From Sarea resinae (lineage: Eukaryota), in assembly GCA_026026165.1 (NCBI GenBank), contig JAPEUD010000025.1, forward strand, positions 186,001 through 250,000: 64,000 bases of DNA, in the 5' to 3' direction. Of the stretch, positions 37,391 through 53,500 are shown piece by piece (positions within the stretch are counted from its first letter, which is position 1; each line of letters opens with the position of its first letter). The notes beneath the pieces were generated by a model, which saw only the letters and a list, made by a program, of their open reading frames with translations, was not told the origin of the DNA and searched no databases. The position numbers were made by a program, and so were the translations under genes.

Positions 37391-38014
37391 ATGAATACGC
37401 CTACGACAGCGGCCCAGAATCGCCAGGCACGAGGTAAGCCTACCGGTCCGGAGCAGGGCAGGTCCTCCAAGGAGACGCAGGAAAGCCGCGCCAAGGAAAG
37501 TAAAGGGAAGAAGAGATCTGGCTTGGTAGTGGTCGATGATGAAACCAAGAAGACAATTAAGACTGTCAGCGAATTGCACGAGGAGCGCGAGAAGCGGAAC
37601 GCGGCTGCTCGTATCTTGGAGAGCAACGAATTACTGATCTTTCACTCGCATGCAAATGACGAAGTGAGTCAACTCGATCGGCCTGTTATCGTGATTTGGC
37701 TTTACCCTTCTACCATGTCTCAGTTCTTGTCCCTCTTCTCATTACTCTCGTGCTGGCATCGTCAGACGCTCTCAACAATGCCTCTCTTGCCTCATATTCT
37801 TTATTCTGCACCGGCCAAATTGACTAATAATGGAGTTTGAAAGAGTATCCCTCAGACACGCCTTCGCTTTGAGAAGATCATGGCTGGCATTGCTTCCGAC
37901 GAGTCTGAAGCAGAATGGGAGGACGACTACGATGATGATGATAGCGTGAACGAGACAAGCAGCAATACTAGTAAAGGTGGTGCCATGGGCGAGAGCCGTA
38001 AGAGACCACGTTAG
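37391..38014 (+). CDS. Small conserved-looking hypothetical protein (basic N-terminus, acidic tail, terminal RKRPR NLS-like motif)
   Basis: Exons 37391-37663 and 37844-38014. Intron GTGAGT..ACTAAT..AAG joins ILESNELLIFHSHANDE-SIPQTRLRFEKIM in frame. Confidence 0.7.
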
Positions 38015-38780
38015 ACAAGCTCTCTAGTCTCAGGCCGGAATAGCGACGTTGAGCGATTCGCCCTTTCTCTAGCAAGGACAAAATACTCATGCCTCTGAAG
38101 AAAGGCTTTTCGTACTGTCACTTTTGGTGATCCAGCCGAGGGACGAGTGATGTTAGGTTTTGGGTTCTAGAATATCTGGATAGACTCCGTCTGAAGTTCA
38201 TCTATCTGCGCAACCCTTTCTTTTTAGCGCGCTACGAGTATTCTACAGTTGGCTTGAACGGGTCCAATGACGACCTCGCACAGGAATAGCTTTGTCACGA
38301 AGCATGGCGAAGCATAAGGAATTTCATGTAACACAATGATTCCTTCCCCTCTCAAGATGCGATTTACTTCGCAACGTCCACCTGGTTAGCACTCTGAACC
38401 GATCTTTAATCCGAAGAGTACATCGGAAAGATAGGTACGTAAATAACTTTCTCACTCTCTTCTCCAAACGCTGAAACGGCCTACTTCAAACAGCCTAAAC
38501 TTAATACCTCATGAATCCGAAAAGAGAGAAAGGAAGAAGAGTTTGCTCCAGTCCGCCGTGCGTTATCCACGCATATTGTACAAAGTGTCTGCGATGACTA
38601 TCCGCTGCCATTTGCTGCTGCCGCCGCCGCCGCCGTCGCTTCTACCTCCTTATATACCATATCATGAATTTCGCCAACCTGTCTCCTCTCGTTAATCTGT
38701 CGCCGCCGCCGCAATCTAGATCTCATTGCTCGGGTCATCGTCAATCCTTGAGGTGAGTTCCCTCTCATGACGGCTGATTG

Positions 38781-40358
38781 TTATTGGAGGGGTTCCGAGC
38801 TCGATGAGAGACGATTGAGATGTAGGTATACGTCAGTTCCGTAGCTGAGAGCACACAAACGGTGACGTTAGCATATGATAGTGGGCATCCTGCTCGCTGA
38901 CTTACCCTTCCATGCTGATGAGCTTTAGGTCTCCTCCAAAGTATCTTGCATACAGCCGGCTGATAGGCAGACCATATCCAAACCCTGCCATTGGCGCCTT
39001 GAAATCGCTTTTGTTGAAGTCGGGATCCAGATTCGGGGTTGTCTCCACAGTCGTATACATATAAGTCCACACCAAAGGTATAGCGGACCTTGGAATCCCC
39101 CCCCCTTCGTCTGAGATTTTGATCGTTATGTCTTCTTTGCCCTCCGCCACGATGACCTTGGTTACAGGAAACTCCTCCTTATCCTGCCCATGCGTCTCGA
39201 CAACGGCTCGCAGAGAGTTCTTCAAGGTCTCGAAAAGCATATGTGACAGATGCCCCGGCACATACATGAAGTTCAAATCAGGCTTGCAGAGTAACTGGAC
39301 CTTTGGGGCCTCGAAAAGTCCGTAATGGTCTTCGCACACAAATCGCGCGTTCTCAATGGCTTCCTGAGCCAGCTCACGAACATTGGTTTTCGTGCAAATG
39401 ATACCGACGTAGTTCGGTTCGGTGTGGTGATCTTGGTCGGTGAGGGCGACGTGCTGTCCTATAAGCATACGAATACCTATTCGTGACATGTAGAATCGAT
39501 CGAGAAACGCCTGAATGTTTTGGTCGATCTGCATTCGCTGCCGTTTCCTCTTATACTCCAAGATGCCCTGAGCTGTACATCGGTGTGTCAGTTGTCATTT
39601 CCTATGATGTGGCGAACTTTAGGGAGATTTACCAATGGTGGTCACAACACTGTCATGCCGCCTTTTTATGACCTCTAAGGTGTGTGCGAAGCGCTTGTTA
39701 TAGTCGCTCAACTCGGGGGGCCACTCCATCCCGTCATCCACCGTCACGTAATACCGCCTGTTCGACGCTTTCTTGATGCCGTTCCCATTACCGTCTCCAT
39801 TAGCTTGTGTCGGTAAGGATCGGTATTGCCCATGATCTATGCTTGGGTTTTGCGTCGTCTGGCTCAGAATCTTTGATTCTCTTCCATTTCGTCGATTAGG
39901 TTTGAGGAGGCGCTCCTTGACTTCCTCCGTTAGGGAAGGCCGTTTCAAGGAAGTGATTTCCTAAGGAGATTGTTAGCGACTCCGTTTCCGGTCCTCGGCC
40001 AGATTTCGACGCACCTCGAATGACTGGGCGTACCAATCCTGGACTTTCTTAATTGATTCCATTTCACCCAAGCCATCTGGTAGATCACCCAACTCCTGCA
40101 CGCGGTGGGCTAGGCGAATGGGTAATTCTTCGGAGAGAAATTGAGACGCGCGGAATAAAGTGCCTATCCACCAAGACGAGACATTAGTCCCCGTTCGAAT
40201 TTCTGCTGGCAACGGCTCGTCGGTATTTTAGGTGATGTCCTACCTGCTGAAGGCCTTTCTCCAAATTGAACCAATTGGCGAAGACTGACACCCGTAGCTG
40301 GGAAACTTGAATAATGTTTTATGGTTTCCATTAGCCTCTCAGATGCCTTCCACGACAT
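38781..40358 (-). CDS. Mitochondrial pyruvate dehydrogenase kinase (BCDHK/PDK family)
   Basis: EELPIRLAHRV, FLDRFYMSRIGIRMLIGQH, LFETLKNSLRA, KISDEGGGIP, APMAGFGYGLPISRLYARYFGGDL; last exon YGTDVYLHLNRLSSSSEPLQ*. Confidence 0.96.
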
Positions 40359-43300
40359 TTTGGCTACAACAACGGCCACACGGCCTCCTGTTCCTCCTTC
40401 AAATGTTCTCCCACTTGTGCGTCACCTAGTGGCAGCACCAATATTCTAAGATCGTGTGCCCGGAAGAGGGACGGCGTCGACGGAACGAGAAACGAATTTT
40501 ATGTCGGATAGGAGATGATAAGTAGTCCTCCGGGTATTCCTCGATCATATACTGTTTGCGAATCTTTCGGATACCAGGGGTCGAGTAGGCCGAAGCAAGA
40601 GCATGGATGAACAACAGCCGGATCGTACAGAAGGTGCCGCAACAGGAAGCAAAGCACACGACCAAGTCGCAACAGAGCCACGGTATAGTCCAACAGTTCT
40701 GGGGAGGAAAGAAGATGCGGGCCGGCTGAAGCGCCAACAACAGCCGAGATTGAGAAGAAGTAGGAGTAGCGGTAGGGAGAGATAATCAAAGGTCTAATCG
40801 AGAGTGGTAAGTATAAATATACGGGGAAAGAAAGTGAAGCTCTGAACAGGCAACGATAAGGCAGGGTTGTAGGTAGGTAGGCAGTCGTAAGTGGTGGTGG
40901 TGGTAATAGCAGTAGTGAGGGCTCATTACTCACATGGGGACGGAACTGAAATTCGAGTACTCGTCGAAGGGACGGATTATCGAAAATCATCAACCCATCC
41001 AGTCAGCCGAAAGGGAGCGAATTTGAACCAGAAAGCCGCAAGTCTCTTGTCTCTCGTCCGTGTGGCCGAGGCGACTGGGAGGGTGGAAGGATAGAAGGCA
41101 AAGCAAATGCGGGTATCTCCCCACATTTCAAGAGCGTTCGAGTAGACAGTACATGGCCGACAGGCGATCGGATTGCGTCACGCCCAAGTACAGCCTACTC
41201 CGGAGTACTTGTCCATCCCCGCCCTGAGCCCTCGTTGCTCTACCCTACTACGTAGTAGTGTCCTCTCGCGCCCTCTCGGCCCATGTCCGTTCGCTCCTCC
41301 TTGGGCCGCGGGCCTTCCTTCTACATTCTCTCTCCTCTCTGGTTCGAACATTGGCACGTGAATTGTGCCTCTCACCACCCCCGGGTTGCTCCTGAACCTC
41401 AACACGCCAGATCTCTGTTGCAACGAGCAAAGAAGCAGAGTTTCGCCAAGAGCATCAGAGAGAAGAATGCAACAAATCCGGGGGAAGCTTCGCCTGGGCG
41501 GGCAGTCTTTCCGGTGACACTGATTCCGTCATCCGTACCGCATGTACTGCGTCTTGAGGTACCTTAAAAGGTTTCCTCAAGGGAGCTGGACGGGAGGAGG
41601 TAAGGTGCGAAGTACCTGTACCTTGTCATCTGCGCGTCAGATAGCTGGCGGTCCATGTACCCGGGCAGTCCCGGTAAACCGTCGTGTCATGTCCGCCGGA
41701 GCAACTAAGGTACCAACCTAAGGTAACTATTCCGGAGTACTCGTACTGCGACAGCCACCCGTGACATTATTATCGGCCCACTTTGTCCTCCCACCTCAGT
41801 CACAGTCCGCATTCCTCCACACGAACCAGTGAACCACGAACCTCCACATCCTCCAGCTCCTACTACTCCACATCATGCGCGTCAAGCCCCCAGACTCTGG
41901 ACACTTGGCTGGACCCTCCAGGCCTCCGCCCATACTATTACCCGCCCCCTGTCCGTGCCGACCCGACTTACATACTCGGCGTACTTCGTACATTACAATC
42001 TGGATATCAACATGTAATACTATTACACTCCTTTTCGAATACAGCAAGCCCTCATGCGGGAATGCCGTACAGACATCGTGTGATCAGGTTCAATAGAAGC
42101 CAAGGTTCCCGATTAAACCGTCTTTGTTCATTCGGACGTCGCGCCATTGGATACCTATCCAATATCGCTCTTCATGCGAGTGGAGCTCGATGGAAACAAC
42201 GTAGCGCCGGCCTTGTTCGACTGTCGACTTGAAGTGTCTCTCGATACCTCTGTATTGCCGATCTTGTATTCTATGCTGAAAGCTCTACTGAATCTTCCGA
42301 CATTTGTATTTGTTCTGCTGCGCCAGGTTGTATTCGTGGATCACTGCCGTCGCGCAAGGACAACCCGTCTCAGTTGGCAAGTGATCTGTTGTTTGGATGA
42401 TACCAACCTCTAGGCCTACTAGGTTGACTGATGCTGTTGTCGCCTTCAAAAACTCTGCCTCGAGGATGTAGCCAGTACAGTACGACAGTCATTCATGCTG
42501 CAACGTCAGAATAGCGGAAGCGTTGTGGCTGTTTTACTGGCCACGGTACATATAGCTGCGGATGAAACGGTGCTCGCTGTCTATTATCCCTTTGATTTCT
42601 CTCCCCTCTGCATTTGCAGCTCTAATTAGCAGATTCTTTTATACCTTCCGCCCCTTTGTCTATCATCGAAATATCTTCTACTTGGAGTTTCTGGTCCGGA
42701 GCTTCTCTATCCCTTTCCTTCACTGTAAACTCTTCGATCACATCGTCATTAGAATTGACATCGCAGGCTTAGATTTAGCATCATGTCTGAACGAAGACGG
42801 GGAGGTCAGGCTCCCAGTGCTAGAGGCAGGAATCAGCCGCGTGCGTGACGCTCAGATCGGTCCTCTGACCCTTGCGGGAAGCTTGATAGAAAGATTTCCA
42901 CTACTACTGGTCCTTTATATCCAGTCCACTATATACGCTGTTGCCGAACGAGTGGCGGATTTGATCAAGATCGATCTCGCAAGCGAAAGCGAGCATATCT
43001 TTGACTACTTCTGTTTCCGATGAGCACGGTGGAAGCAAAGTAACGATTGAATCGAGGGACTGATGCTTCGCTGCGTCTGAAGTATGCTTGCCTTGATGTG
43101 TGCGTCCGTCTGTGTAGGTACACCTAGCATTGATTCGACATTGGGGTGTTTGATGCCCTTCAGGCCTGGCCTCTTCTCATCCTCCAGGAGTTAATGCAGC
43201 TCTTCAGCCCAAAAGCGACGCATAATTCCTATGATTTAATTACTACTCCAAAAGAGCTTTCTTTGAGCACTTGACGGCCCAAGTACCTCCTTGGAAGCCT

Positions 43301-43458
43301 ACGTCAATGCTGACGGAAGCTAAGAACCTATTCTCGGTCATGATTGACTATCTGAATACGTTGAGGTCATAGAATTCCGACTCTTGCGAATATGAAATTA
43401 GGAGGCCAAGATTTCTCACTGCGGCAGACACCTTCACTCTGCTAGTCTTTCATCGAAT

Positions 43459-44858
43459 ATGGAAAGCTTGAATGGAGAGACGGCTTACCGCCTCTCCCAT
43501 CCCATATCCGGACACAAGCGTACTGCATTCTGGATGGTTGCTGGTGCAGCAGTGGTGCTCCTACTTATCTGGAGATCTTCCCATCCGAAATCTGGATCAA
43601 CAAACAAAGTGCCCTACTTCGTTGAAAATAATGGAGAGTCAGTCTTGTCGCCCCATTTCCAAGAGTAATTGACTCCCTAGATAGCTTCTGATATCTTTGA
43701 TCTAGCTATTTCAAACATTTCGAAGGTCACCAAGACTGCGAAATCACGTCTTTGGAGCTCTATTTAGCCACAGATATCAAAGGAAGCACGAACGGGAGAA
43801 ATGTGCCGTTTTGCAGCTCCCGAAGCAAGCTTATTCAAGCTATGAGTGGAGGCGGGAGACATGGCTTCGATGCTCCATTCCAACCACAAGGTCAGATCCT
43901 CACGGCCTGTGAATCCAATACTGGGAATGTTTTTCTCTAACATTCCGCCGCTATTGTCAATCCCACAATTAGGCTGTCACTATCGTTGGTATTCTACAGC
44001 TGAGATATGCTTGATAATGGACCGGTTCGATGCTTTGGTCTTCATCGGCGATAGCATGGTCAGAAACATATATCTTGCTTTCAATATTCTTCTTCGAGAG
44101 AACGTGGCTCTTGGGGGGCTGAAGCAATGGGAAATGAGCGAAGCTGAACGGGCAGCTTGCAGGTGCGAGAACCAGTTCATAAAGATGGAGTGCTCGAAAT
44201 TCAGCGTCAGGGAAGATAAAGAGGTCCTGCTGCATGGCTCTGCAAGCGGCTATACGGGCCAATATTCTTGTGATAGTGAGTTTATCAAGAAATTGTCCGA
44301 CAAAGACCACAAGTCAGCAGGAAGCTTACTACAATCAGGAACTCCTCATGTCTATCTCCCAATAAGTGGTTCACCAGCATCAGAGGCTCAACACAGCAGC
44401 TTTACAGACTTGTTAAACCAGACGCCAGGCTCCTACAAGCCAATTCCGATCGTACATTCTCTTTCGCAAGCTGCTTCATTTTCATGGACATCCGCCACGG
44501 CTTCTATGGGCGAATGGGTAGCTCTAGCCGATGCTGCGGATAGGAATACCCCCTTCCTCTGGCTTGGTCCTGTTGCTGCTGGCGTTCTTAAACCGCCAAG
44601 TCAGATACTCACCCAGGGCAACAACGCCTTGCACCACTTCACTGCAGAGATGGTTCGAGAGGCGAAGGCTCGAGGAATTGAAGCTTTAGGGATGTTTAAC
44701 CTTACCGTACAAGCTACAAGCTGGGATGGAACAAATTATGGGGAGCGAGTTGCATTGGTGCAAGCTATGATGGTAAGTCTAGCCGGCTATCACGCTTATC
44801 CTCGCACCGCTGAAAAATTCAGGTGATCAATTGGCTATCAAGATTAGAGACCTCTTGA
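43459..44858 (+). CDS. Type II membrane SGNH/GDS(L)-like protein (PC-esterase-like), function unknown
   Basis: N-terminal TM (FWMVAGAAVVLLLIW), GGRHGFDAPF, FIGDSMVRN block I, SWDGTNYG; last exon VINWLSRLETS*. Several introns; 5' exon structure uncertain. Confidence 0.75.
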
Positions 44859-45002
44859 CGGGATATCTAGTGGGACAAGATGATGACCAGACTATGCTTT
44901 TGCCATTTTTATAGCCTATTAGAACAAGCTGGCTAGGACCTCTGAGGTTGGGTAGCTTATTGCATTCCTTTACGAGCATCCTTAAAAGCATCACACTAAA
45001 GA

Positions 45003-46919
<1,917 letters not shown>

Positions 46920-48071
46920 GATGCTCAAAGTATTATCCGCACTCCCTCTCATCCATACCAGTGACCTTTGCCACACACTTATATTATAGTGGGAGACGAA
47001 CAGGCCATCAGAGCAATCTCGAGGTAATTCATTGCGCAGCTTACCAACTTGCATGCAGCTACTCCGTTACTGAAAGGAATAACATCAGATACTGCCAAAG
47101 TTTAGAGCTCGCGCGCGGTGAGGAAGTTCGAAAACAATGTTTGTAGAGTCATTGGAGGAAAAATTCCGGAGATTGACGAAAGGGCCACTTTGTCCGCTAT
47201 GGCCCGGGATGCATGCATATGCGTGCCGCGGGGCTCACCAAGTTTCCAGGTCGCTACATTTAGGCAGAATAGCTAGGTGCGGGGGATGCGCGAGGCCCTA
47301 TTTGCTCAATGGTCCGGCCAGGACAGTATAATGCTATGGCCAACGTTCAATTTGCAAGCCTTATCGTTCCCCAATTCTTTATATCCCGTCTCTCGTTCAA
47401 GGGCTCCAGTGTTGACCCTGGCTTCCCCGTATTGTACCCGGTTCTCCGCTCACCCCATGTTTCCCCACACGCTATTTACTATCCCTCATGGGCATGACGC
47501 ATGGTCCATGTAGGCTAATCGCCAAAGCTTCCGCAATGAAGCTAGCAAACCAAGCCTTGATAGGAGCAGACTTGAATGCGCCTCGAGGCTTGAAGGCTTT
47601 GCTCTGAGTCTCTATTTGCTGAAGCCGATGTTGGATCTGACTTGATTAAAATCGTGTTGCACGTTGAAATGATGATGGCTGCTACATCGCGAAGGATGCA
47701 GAAGAACGGATTTGCAACACTGACTATAGACTGAACAGCTGGGACATGCAACCCAAAAGGCGGAAGACGTCCGCAGCCACGCCAACCCAGAAACTACAGG
47801 GCTAATCCAACACATGCTCTACCCCGCCACATCGATGGCCTCATCCCCGTGAGGCTCGACGCCTCATGCAGGGTTCACAGGAGCCCACGGTGTCTGGGCA
47901 GTGATTCTGGATTTCGTGTCGAAATGATGGCAGAATTGTGTCCGCGGTTAAAGAGAATGGGGAGGAGATATAAAGTTCAGGGCCTGGCTGGCTGACCAGC
48001 CGGCATTGAGTGGCAGGCCCAAAAAGCATCCTTGAACATCGACAGTTGAATCGGCGGCATCGGAAACAATC
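46920..48071. promoter_or_regulatory. Bidirectional promoter with candidate XlnR/AraR-type and CreA sites
   Basis: GGCTAA at 47513 and 47800; CGGTTAAA at 47945; SYGGRG at 47228, 47279 and (minus strand) 47822. Short motifs, so chance matches are possible. Confidence 0.5.
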
Positions 48072-50234
48072 ATGCGTCTCCCTCCTAAATGGTACCAAGT
48101 AAGTCTCGATCCCCTTTGGACCTGCCGCTGATGCTTCAATTGACGTTGCTACTCTTCTTCGAAAGTTCCTGGTCAGCGTCTTTGCCTCACTGGGCTCTTT
48201 TCTCTATGGATATGACTTGGGCGTCATCGCCGAGGTTGTTGCCTGTCAATCTTTCAAGACCAAATTCCACCCTTCGACATCTCAAAGGTAGATCAGCTCT
48301 CTGGTAGTTGGACGTCAGCAGAGATTGACCTCCGATAGTGGCGGAGTGGTCTCCATGTTTACCGGTGGTGCATTCTTCGGCGCCTTCTTTGCGGGTCCCT
48401 CGGGTGACAAATTCGGGCGAAGAGCAACTATCCTCTTCGGAGCGCTCATTTTCTGCCTCGGTGGTGGTCTCCAAACGGGCGCCCAAAATATTGGGTTTCT
48501 CTGGGGCGGCAGGTTCGTCGCTGGTCTAGGGTAAGTAATATCAAAAACACCAGTAGAAACACTTTCTCTTCCGCGAAAAGTTCCATACTGAATTCCTCAA
48601 CCCAAAGAGTGGGGTTCCTCACGATGATCATCCCTCTCTACCAAGCCGAGCTCGCTCACCCCAGTATTCGAGGCCGCATCACTGCCCTTCAGCAATTTAT
48701 GCTCGGCGTCGGCTCCCTCTGCGCAAGCTGGATCGGCTACGGCACGTATACAGGCTTCTCGGGCACCGACTCCCGCCAGTGGCGCCTCCCGCTCGGGATC
48801 CAGATCATCCCAGCGGCGATCCTGGGCCTCCTCATCTTCCTCTTTCCAGAATCCCCCAGATGGTTGATTGACCACGGGCATTCCGCAGACGGGATGAGGG
48901 TACTAGCCCAGCTGCACGCGCACGGCGACGAGAATGACCCCTGGGTCAAGGCGGAGTATGAGCAGATTCAGGAGTCGGTGACGTTCGAGCACGAACACGA
49001 GGCCAAGTCTTACAAGGAGCTATTTGTTGACCGGGCAAGTTTCCGCCGTGTTTTCCTCACAACCGCTTTGCAGGCCTCGGTCCAGATGACAGGAGTGTCT
49101 GCCATCCAATATTATTCCGTCACTATCTTTGTAGGCGTCTCATTCCTCCCCTCTCTCCAGCAAGCATCTACAATGCCTGTGCAGAAAAAAGGAGCATGTA
49201 TACTGACTCTCTGAAACCCGGAAGGCCCAAATCGGCATCAATGGCCAGGACACCCTGAAATACCAAGCCATCAACTCCGTGATCGCGCTGATAGCCCAGT
49301 TCTTCTGCATGCTGTTCATCGACCACTTCGGGCGACGCTGGCCCCTGATTATCGGCAATCTGGGGAACATGGTGACATTCATCATCGCGACCATTCTGTT
49401 GGCCTTGTATCCTCCGAGTGTCGTACGTGCTCATATGATCTCCTCTCCTGAAGGGTTTTCCCAATCCATTGAAAGTTGCTTTCTGACGAAAAATCAAAGA
49501 ACAACACAGCCGCCCACTGGGGCTTCATCGTTATGACGTGGGTCTACAACTTCAGTTTCTCCGCCACCTGCGGTCCGCTCTGTAGGTCTTCTCCTCACCC
49601 TTTGTCCTCAGCCTCTTTCCCCACAAATTAACCTCGGCTCCGTCACAGCGTGGATCATCCCCGCCGAAGTATTCGACACTCGCACGCGGTCCAAAGGCGT
49701 TTCAATCGCTACAGCGACCAGCTTTGCTTTCAAGTATATATTCTCCTGATCCTTCCCGTGCTTCCCTGCCTCGAGTCAGAAGCGGACCACTAACGCATAA
49801 ACGAAACTCAGCACGATGATCGGCCAAGTCACGCCCCAGGCAATGAAAAGCGTGCATTACAGATACTACTTCCTTTTCATCGTACGTTCTCCCTACCGAG
49901 CCCATATTCTGACCTTTCTTCTTTCTGCTCTTGCACATTGCTCATCCCACTTTCCCATACTCACAAGTTGCAATAGATCGCCAACCTGACCAACGCCATC
50001 TTCTTCTATATGTTCCTACCGGAGACGGCGCGGCTGCCCCTCGAAGAGATGACAGCGCTCTTCAAGCATGCACCGTGGTTTGTGCCGGGAAGCTCAAAGG
50101 AAGAATATCGCCCTCGAGATCTGGAACTGAGGGTTAGTATCGTCGAGAGGAAGATGGAACTGGAGAAGGAGCATGTTGAACATACTGGAGCGGAGAACGT
50201 CGCCAATGAAGAGACCGAGAGGAAGAGAGAGTAG
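48072..50234 (+). CDS. MFS sugar porter family transporter
   Basis: MRLPPKWYQ-FLVSVFASLGSFLYGYDLGV, DKFGRR, YQAELAHPSIRG, PESPRWL, QMTGVSAIQYY, DHFGRR, PETAR; about 8 introns. Confidence 0.93.
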
Positions 50235-51132
50235 TGAGAAAGGATCTAGTCTAGTGAAGAGAGAAAAAAAGACAGTACTATGGCTCATCGTAGGTAGGCA
50301 GATCGAAAAGGAGTGGTTCATAGTGGGCCCTTGTAAACAAACAACCGCATTATTGATCGACTTGATGCTGAATTTTCTTGAAACAATCGCGCTTTCGCTT
50401 CTGCGTCTGGAATCTGAATGTCGCATCATCTACAGACAGCCGCCATATCCTGTTTTCCGCCCATCCAAACCGTTTATGAAACCATCCATCTCATATACAC
50501 AGGTACGTGAAAATTTAAAAAAGAGCCACCCAATGTGATCCGACCGCCCGCTAATCCAGCCAGCTAGCCAGCCCCACCAGCTCACAAATACCCAAGGGTA
50601 TTGGAGTAATGCAATGCCCGCCCAGCGAATGAACACCTTTGACTTGTATGAAATTACACTCCATATATTGCGTGCTTCAAGGAGACAAAGAAAGATCGTG
50701 GAAAGACATCGCCATGCAGTATTTTTGAGAACGTGAAAGCCGCCGTTCCTGCAGATGACCGCCTATCCAAATCCAGAAGATGATACGAAACACTTCGGTA
50801 ATTGAGTTGCGTATCCAAGAACACCAGACTAAGATAACCATCCCAATCGTATGATCTAATAAAAGCCTGATACAACAGATCTGGCGAGCTGAATATGACT
50901 GTTTCTAGGTGAAGCTCGAATTACTAAACTTCATCCGTCAGGCACAGCCCACTAATGGGGACGGTGACAGAGGGAGTAGTCAAGAGCGATGGCCAAGCGA
51001 TAGATGAGTGAGCGTGTTTCCAAGATCGGAAACCAAGCTTCATATCAGATAATAAAGAATCTTCATAGTGAATGAAATCTCAAAGAGATAATAAAGGACA
51101 AGTCACGTCGCCTCTGCAGGCAGAATAATCTG

Positions 51133-53500
51133 TCATCGCCTAAAGTTGATGATCGCAACCTAATGATCGTGTGTCAGCATTTTTTCACTCTTAAAACGAA
51201 TGGTAAGTTCTAGAAGAGTGACAAAAGGGGGGGCTTACTTGGTGTCCTAAGCCAAAAGCCAATTTCCCACTATCGGCATCCCAGGCGAGTGAGTGATCGA
51301 CTGCCCTTTCACTATCGTCATTTTCCTCGGCAGATGAATCGCTTAGCCCGTTCAGCCAGCCAGTCTCCTTACCAGACCACCTCGCCCTTGGTACGGGGCC
51401 ACCTTCAGCACTCCAGATCATGATCTTCCCGTAGCTGGCAGCAGCGAAAAGGAAACCATCGGGCGAAAAACTAAGAGCCATGGCAGGGCTGTTCAGGCCC
51501 AAGTCTAGGCGACGGAGAGCCTTAAAGGGTCGCTTAGCGTCCCAGAGGAAGATATTACCATCCTGCGAGGCGGAAATCAAAAGTCGGGTGGACGCCGCAA
51601 GCTGCGTGCTGGGGTTTGCGATGGGTTGAAATTCGAGTGCTGTGATGATATCCGTGTGCGCGGGGTGGGATTGCAGCTGCGCCTCTTCGTTGACAATCTA
51701 GTAGAGTTGATAAGCTTTGATCTCAATAATTACAAGCAGAACAAGAAGAACTCACTCCCAAGGACCCTTGATCGCCCCCAGCTGTCGCGATAATGTCGCT
51801 TATGACGTCGTGGCGCACCTTTTCCCAGTCCTCGGAGGTCTCAAAGTCACGAGTGAGACTAATCTGTTGGTCGAAATGATAAGTCTGGAGTAGGCCAGGT
51901 CCACATATGACGAAGTCTGCATCGTTTTGCCAAACGGCGTCCGTTACAGCGTGCTTCAGCTCCGGAACGTTCGATGTCGCGCCTGACGTAGGGTTCCACA
52001 GAGTCACATTACTGGTGAGTCCATCACTGGAAATACCTAAGAACATATTCCCGGACGGATTCCACTTGATCGCAATCAAGGGATATTGGACAAGGGGCAA
52101 TACGTGCAACAGCAAACCTTGGCGGTTCCAGAGCGTTACTTGACCCTGTCGATCCAAGGGTTGGGCAAAATCTCGAGAGCTAATGGCCAGAAAGTCTCCA
52201 TCCGGACTCCAAGCAATGGCGGTAACTACAAACTGCGGCGACGATTGATCGAGGTCGAGGTGTGTTGGTGATTGAGGGCGTGAAGAGACGTTCCAGATAC
52301 GGCTTAGCGTCTCACCTGCGGTAGCTAAGATGGTGGGATCGCTGGGACTCCAGGTTGAGTAGAGCACCACGCGAGAAGCACTGCCAGATACACTGCCATC
52401 CGTACCTGCACTTGCACCTGCACCTGCACCTGCGCCTGCGCCTGCGCCAACGCCGTTGTGCAAGCTACTCGTACCGTTCAGGCTTCCCGCATCTCCGCTT
52501 AGGCTCAATATCGTCGTTTCTGGTCCCAATTCGGCAACCTTGTCGCTCTGCACCCCAACGCTTGGGCCATTAGTCATCAATATTGATTGATGGCTCTCGG
52601 GTTCCTCTCTGGGCGCATGCGGCTGCCCTTCAGTCGGCGCAGGAGTAGGGGTCGAGGACGCATTGTTTGCGACAGTTGCAATGGCTGTCGTGGTCGTTGC
52701 AGTCGCTGGTGGCTCTTCGCGTGGTTGTGCGGGTGACTGGGGGCCGTCGGCGTCAATTTCCATGGAACCACCTTCATCATCGACACCGTTGGACCTTCGC
52801 GATTTCTTGGCTGGTGGTCGTACCGGCTCCGCTGGTACAATTCGCTCGGTGATACTCTCTCTACCGTGCTTGCGGGACTGCGTGGTCGCTATTGTTGTTG
52901 TTGCTGTTGTTGTTGGCGTAGCTTCATCATTCACCATCTCCACGTCGGCCTCGCCATTCGGTTCCGAATCCGACCGCCGAATTTGCTTCGGCCGCTGCTC
53001 CAATGACGAAGGTCCAAAAAAGTAAAGCTCCGGAGAGAGCGCAAGTCGATTGCCATGCTGTTCAGTGTTAGGATCATTTCGGAATAGCACCGGATCATGC
53101 GCAAAACGTGCCTGGTCAATGGACTGCTCGATTTCGTGATACTGAAGGCCCTTCTGCACAAGCGATACTAGTGCATGGGTTTTGATATGCGGCGCGAAAG
53201 TCAGACCTTGCGGGTCCAGCATCCAGTCGCGTTGGAGCTTGACCGCGGCCTCTCCATGCCCTATACCCTTTCATCAGTAACGAAGAAGCACAAATGATAC
53301 ACCAAGGCACAAGGGCGGACCTGATTCCTGTAGATATCTATTGCGGGCATTGCAGTTAGCGAAGGCGTCGTACTTCCGAGATCTGTACCTGGCGGAAGCC
53401 GATGACAGCGAACGGGAAAATGGGGGGAGAGAGAAAGAAACTCCACGTACCTCCAGACCAGGTAGTTGACATGATTCGAGGTCAGCGCCCCAACGGCCAT
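51133..53500 (-). CDS. SIF2: LisH + WD40 protein, Sif2/TBL1 (Set3C/HDAC complex subunit)
   Basis: LTSNHVNYLVWRYLQESGH (LisH), ALVSLVQKGLQY, low-complexity linker, WD repeats (WSPSDPTILATAGE, IAWSPDG, LSFSPDG); ends VAIINFRR*. Confidence 0.88.
52405..52447 (-). repeat. Coding hexamer repeat (Gly-Ala)n in SIF2
   Basis: (cctgca/cctgcg)n on the plus strand; GAGAGAGAGAGAS in the ORF. Confidence 0.8.

Noticed and set aside
40426..43023. ORFs of 100-164 aa between PDK and the SGNH-like gene
   Set aside because: No recognisable motifs, several non-ATG starts and no convincing splice pattern; a lineage-specific gene or uORF cannot be fully excluded.
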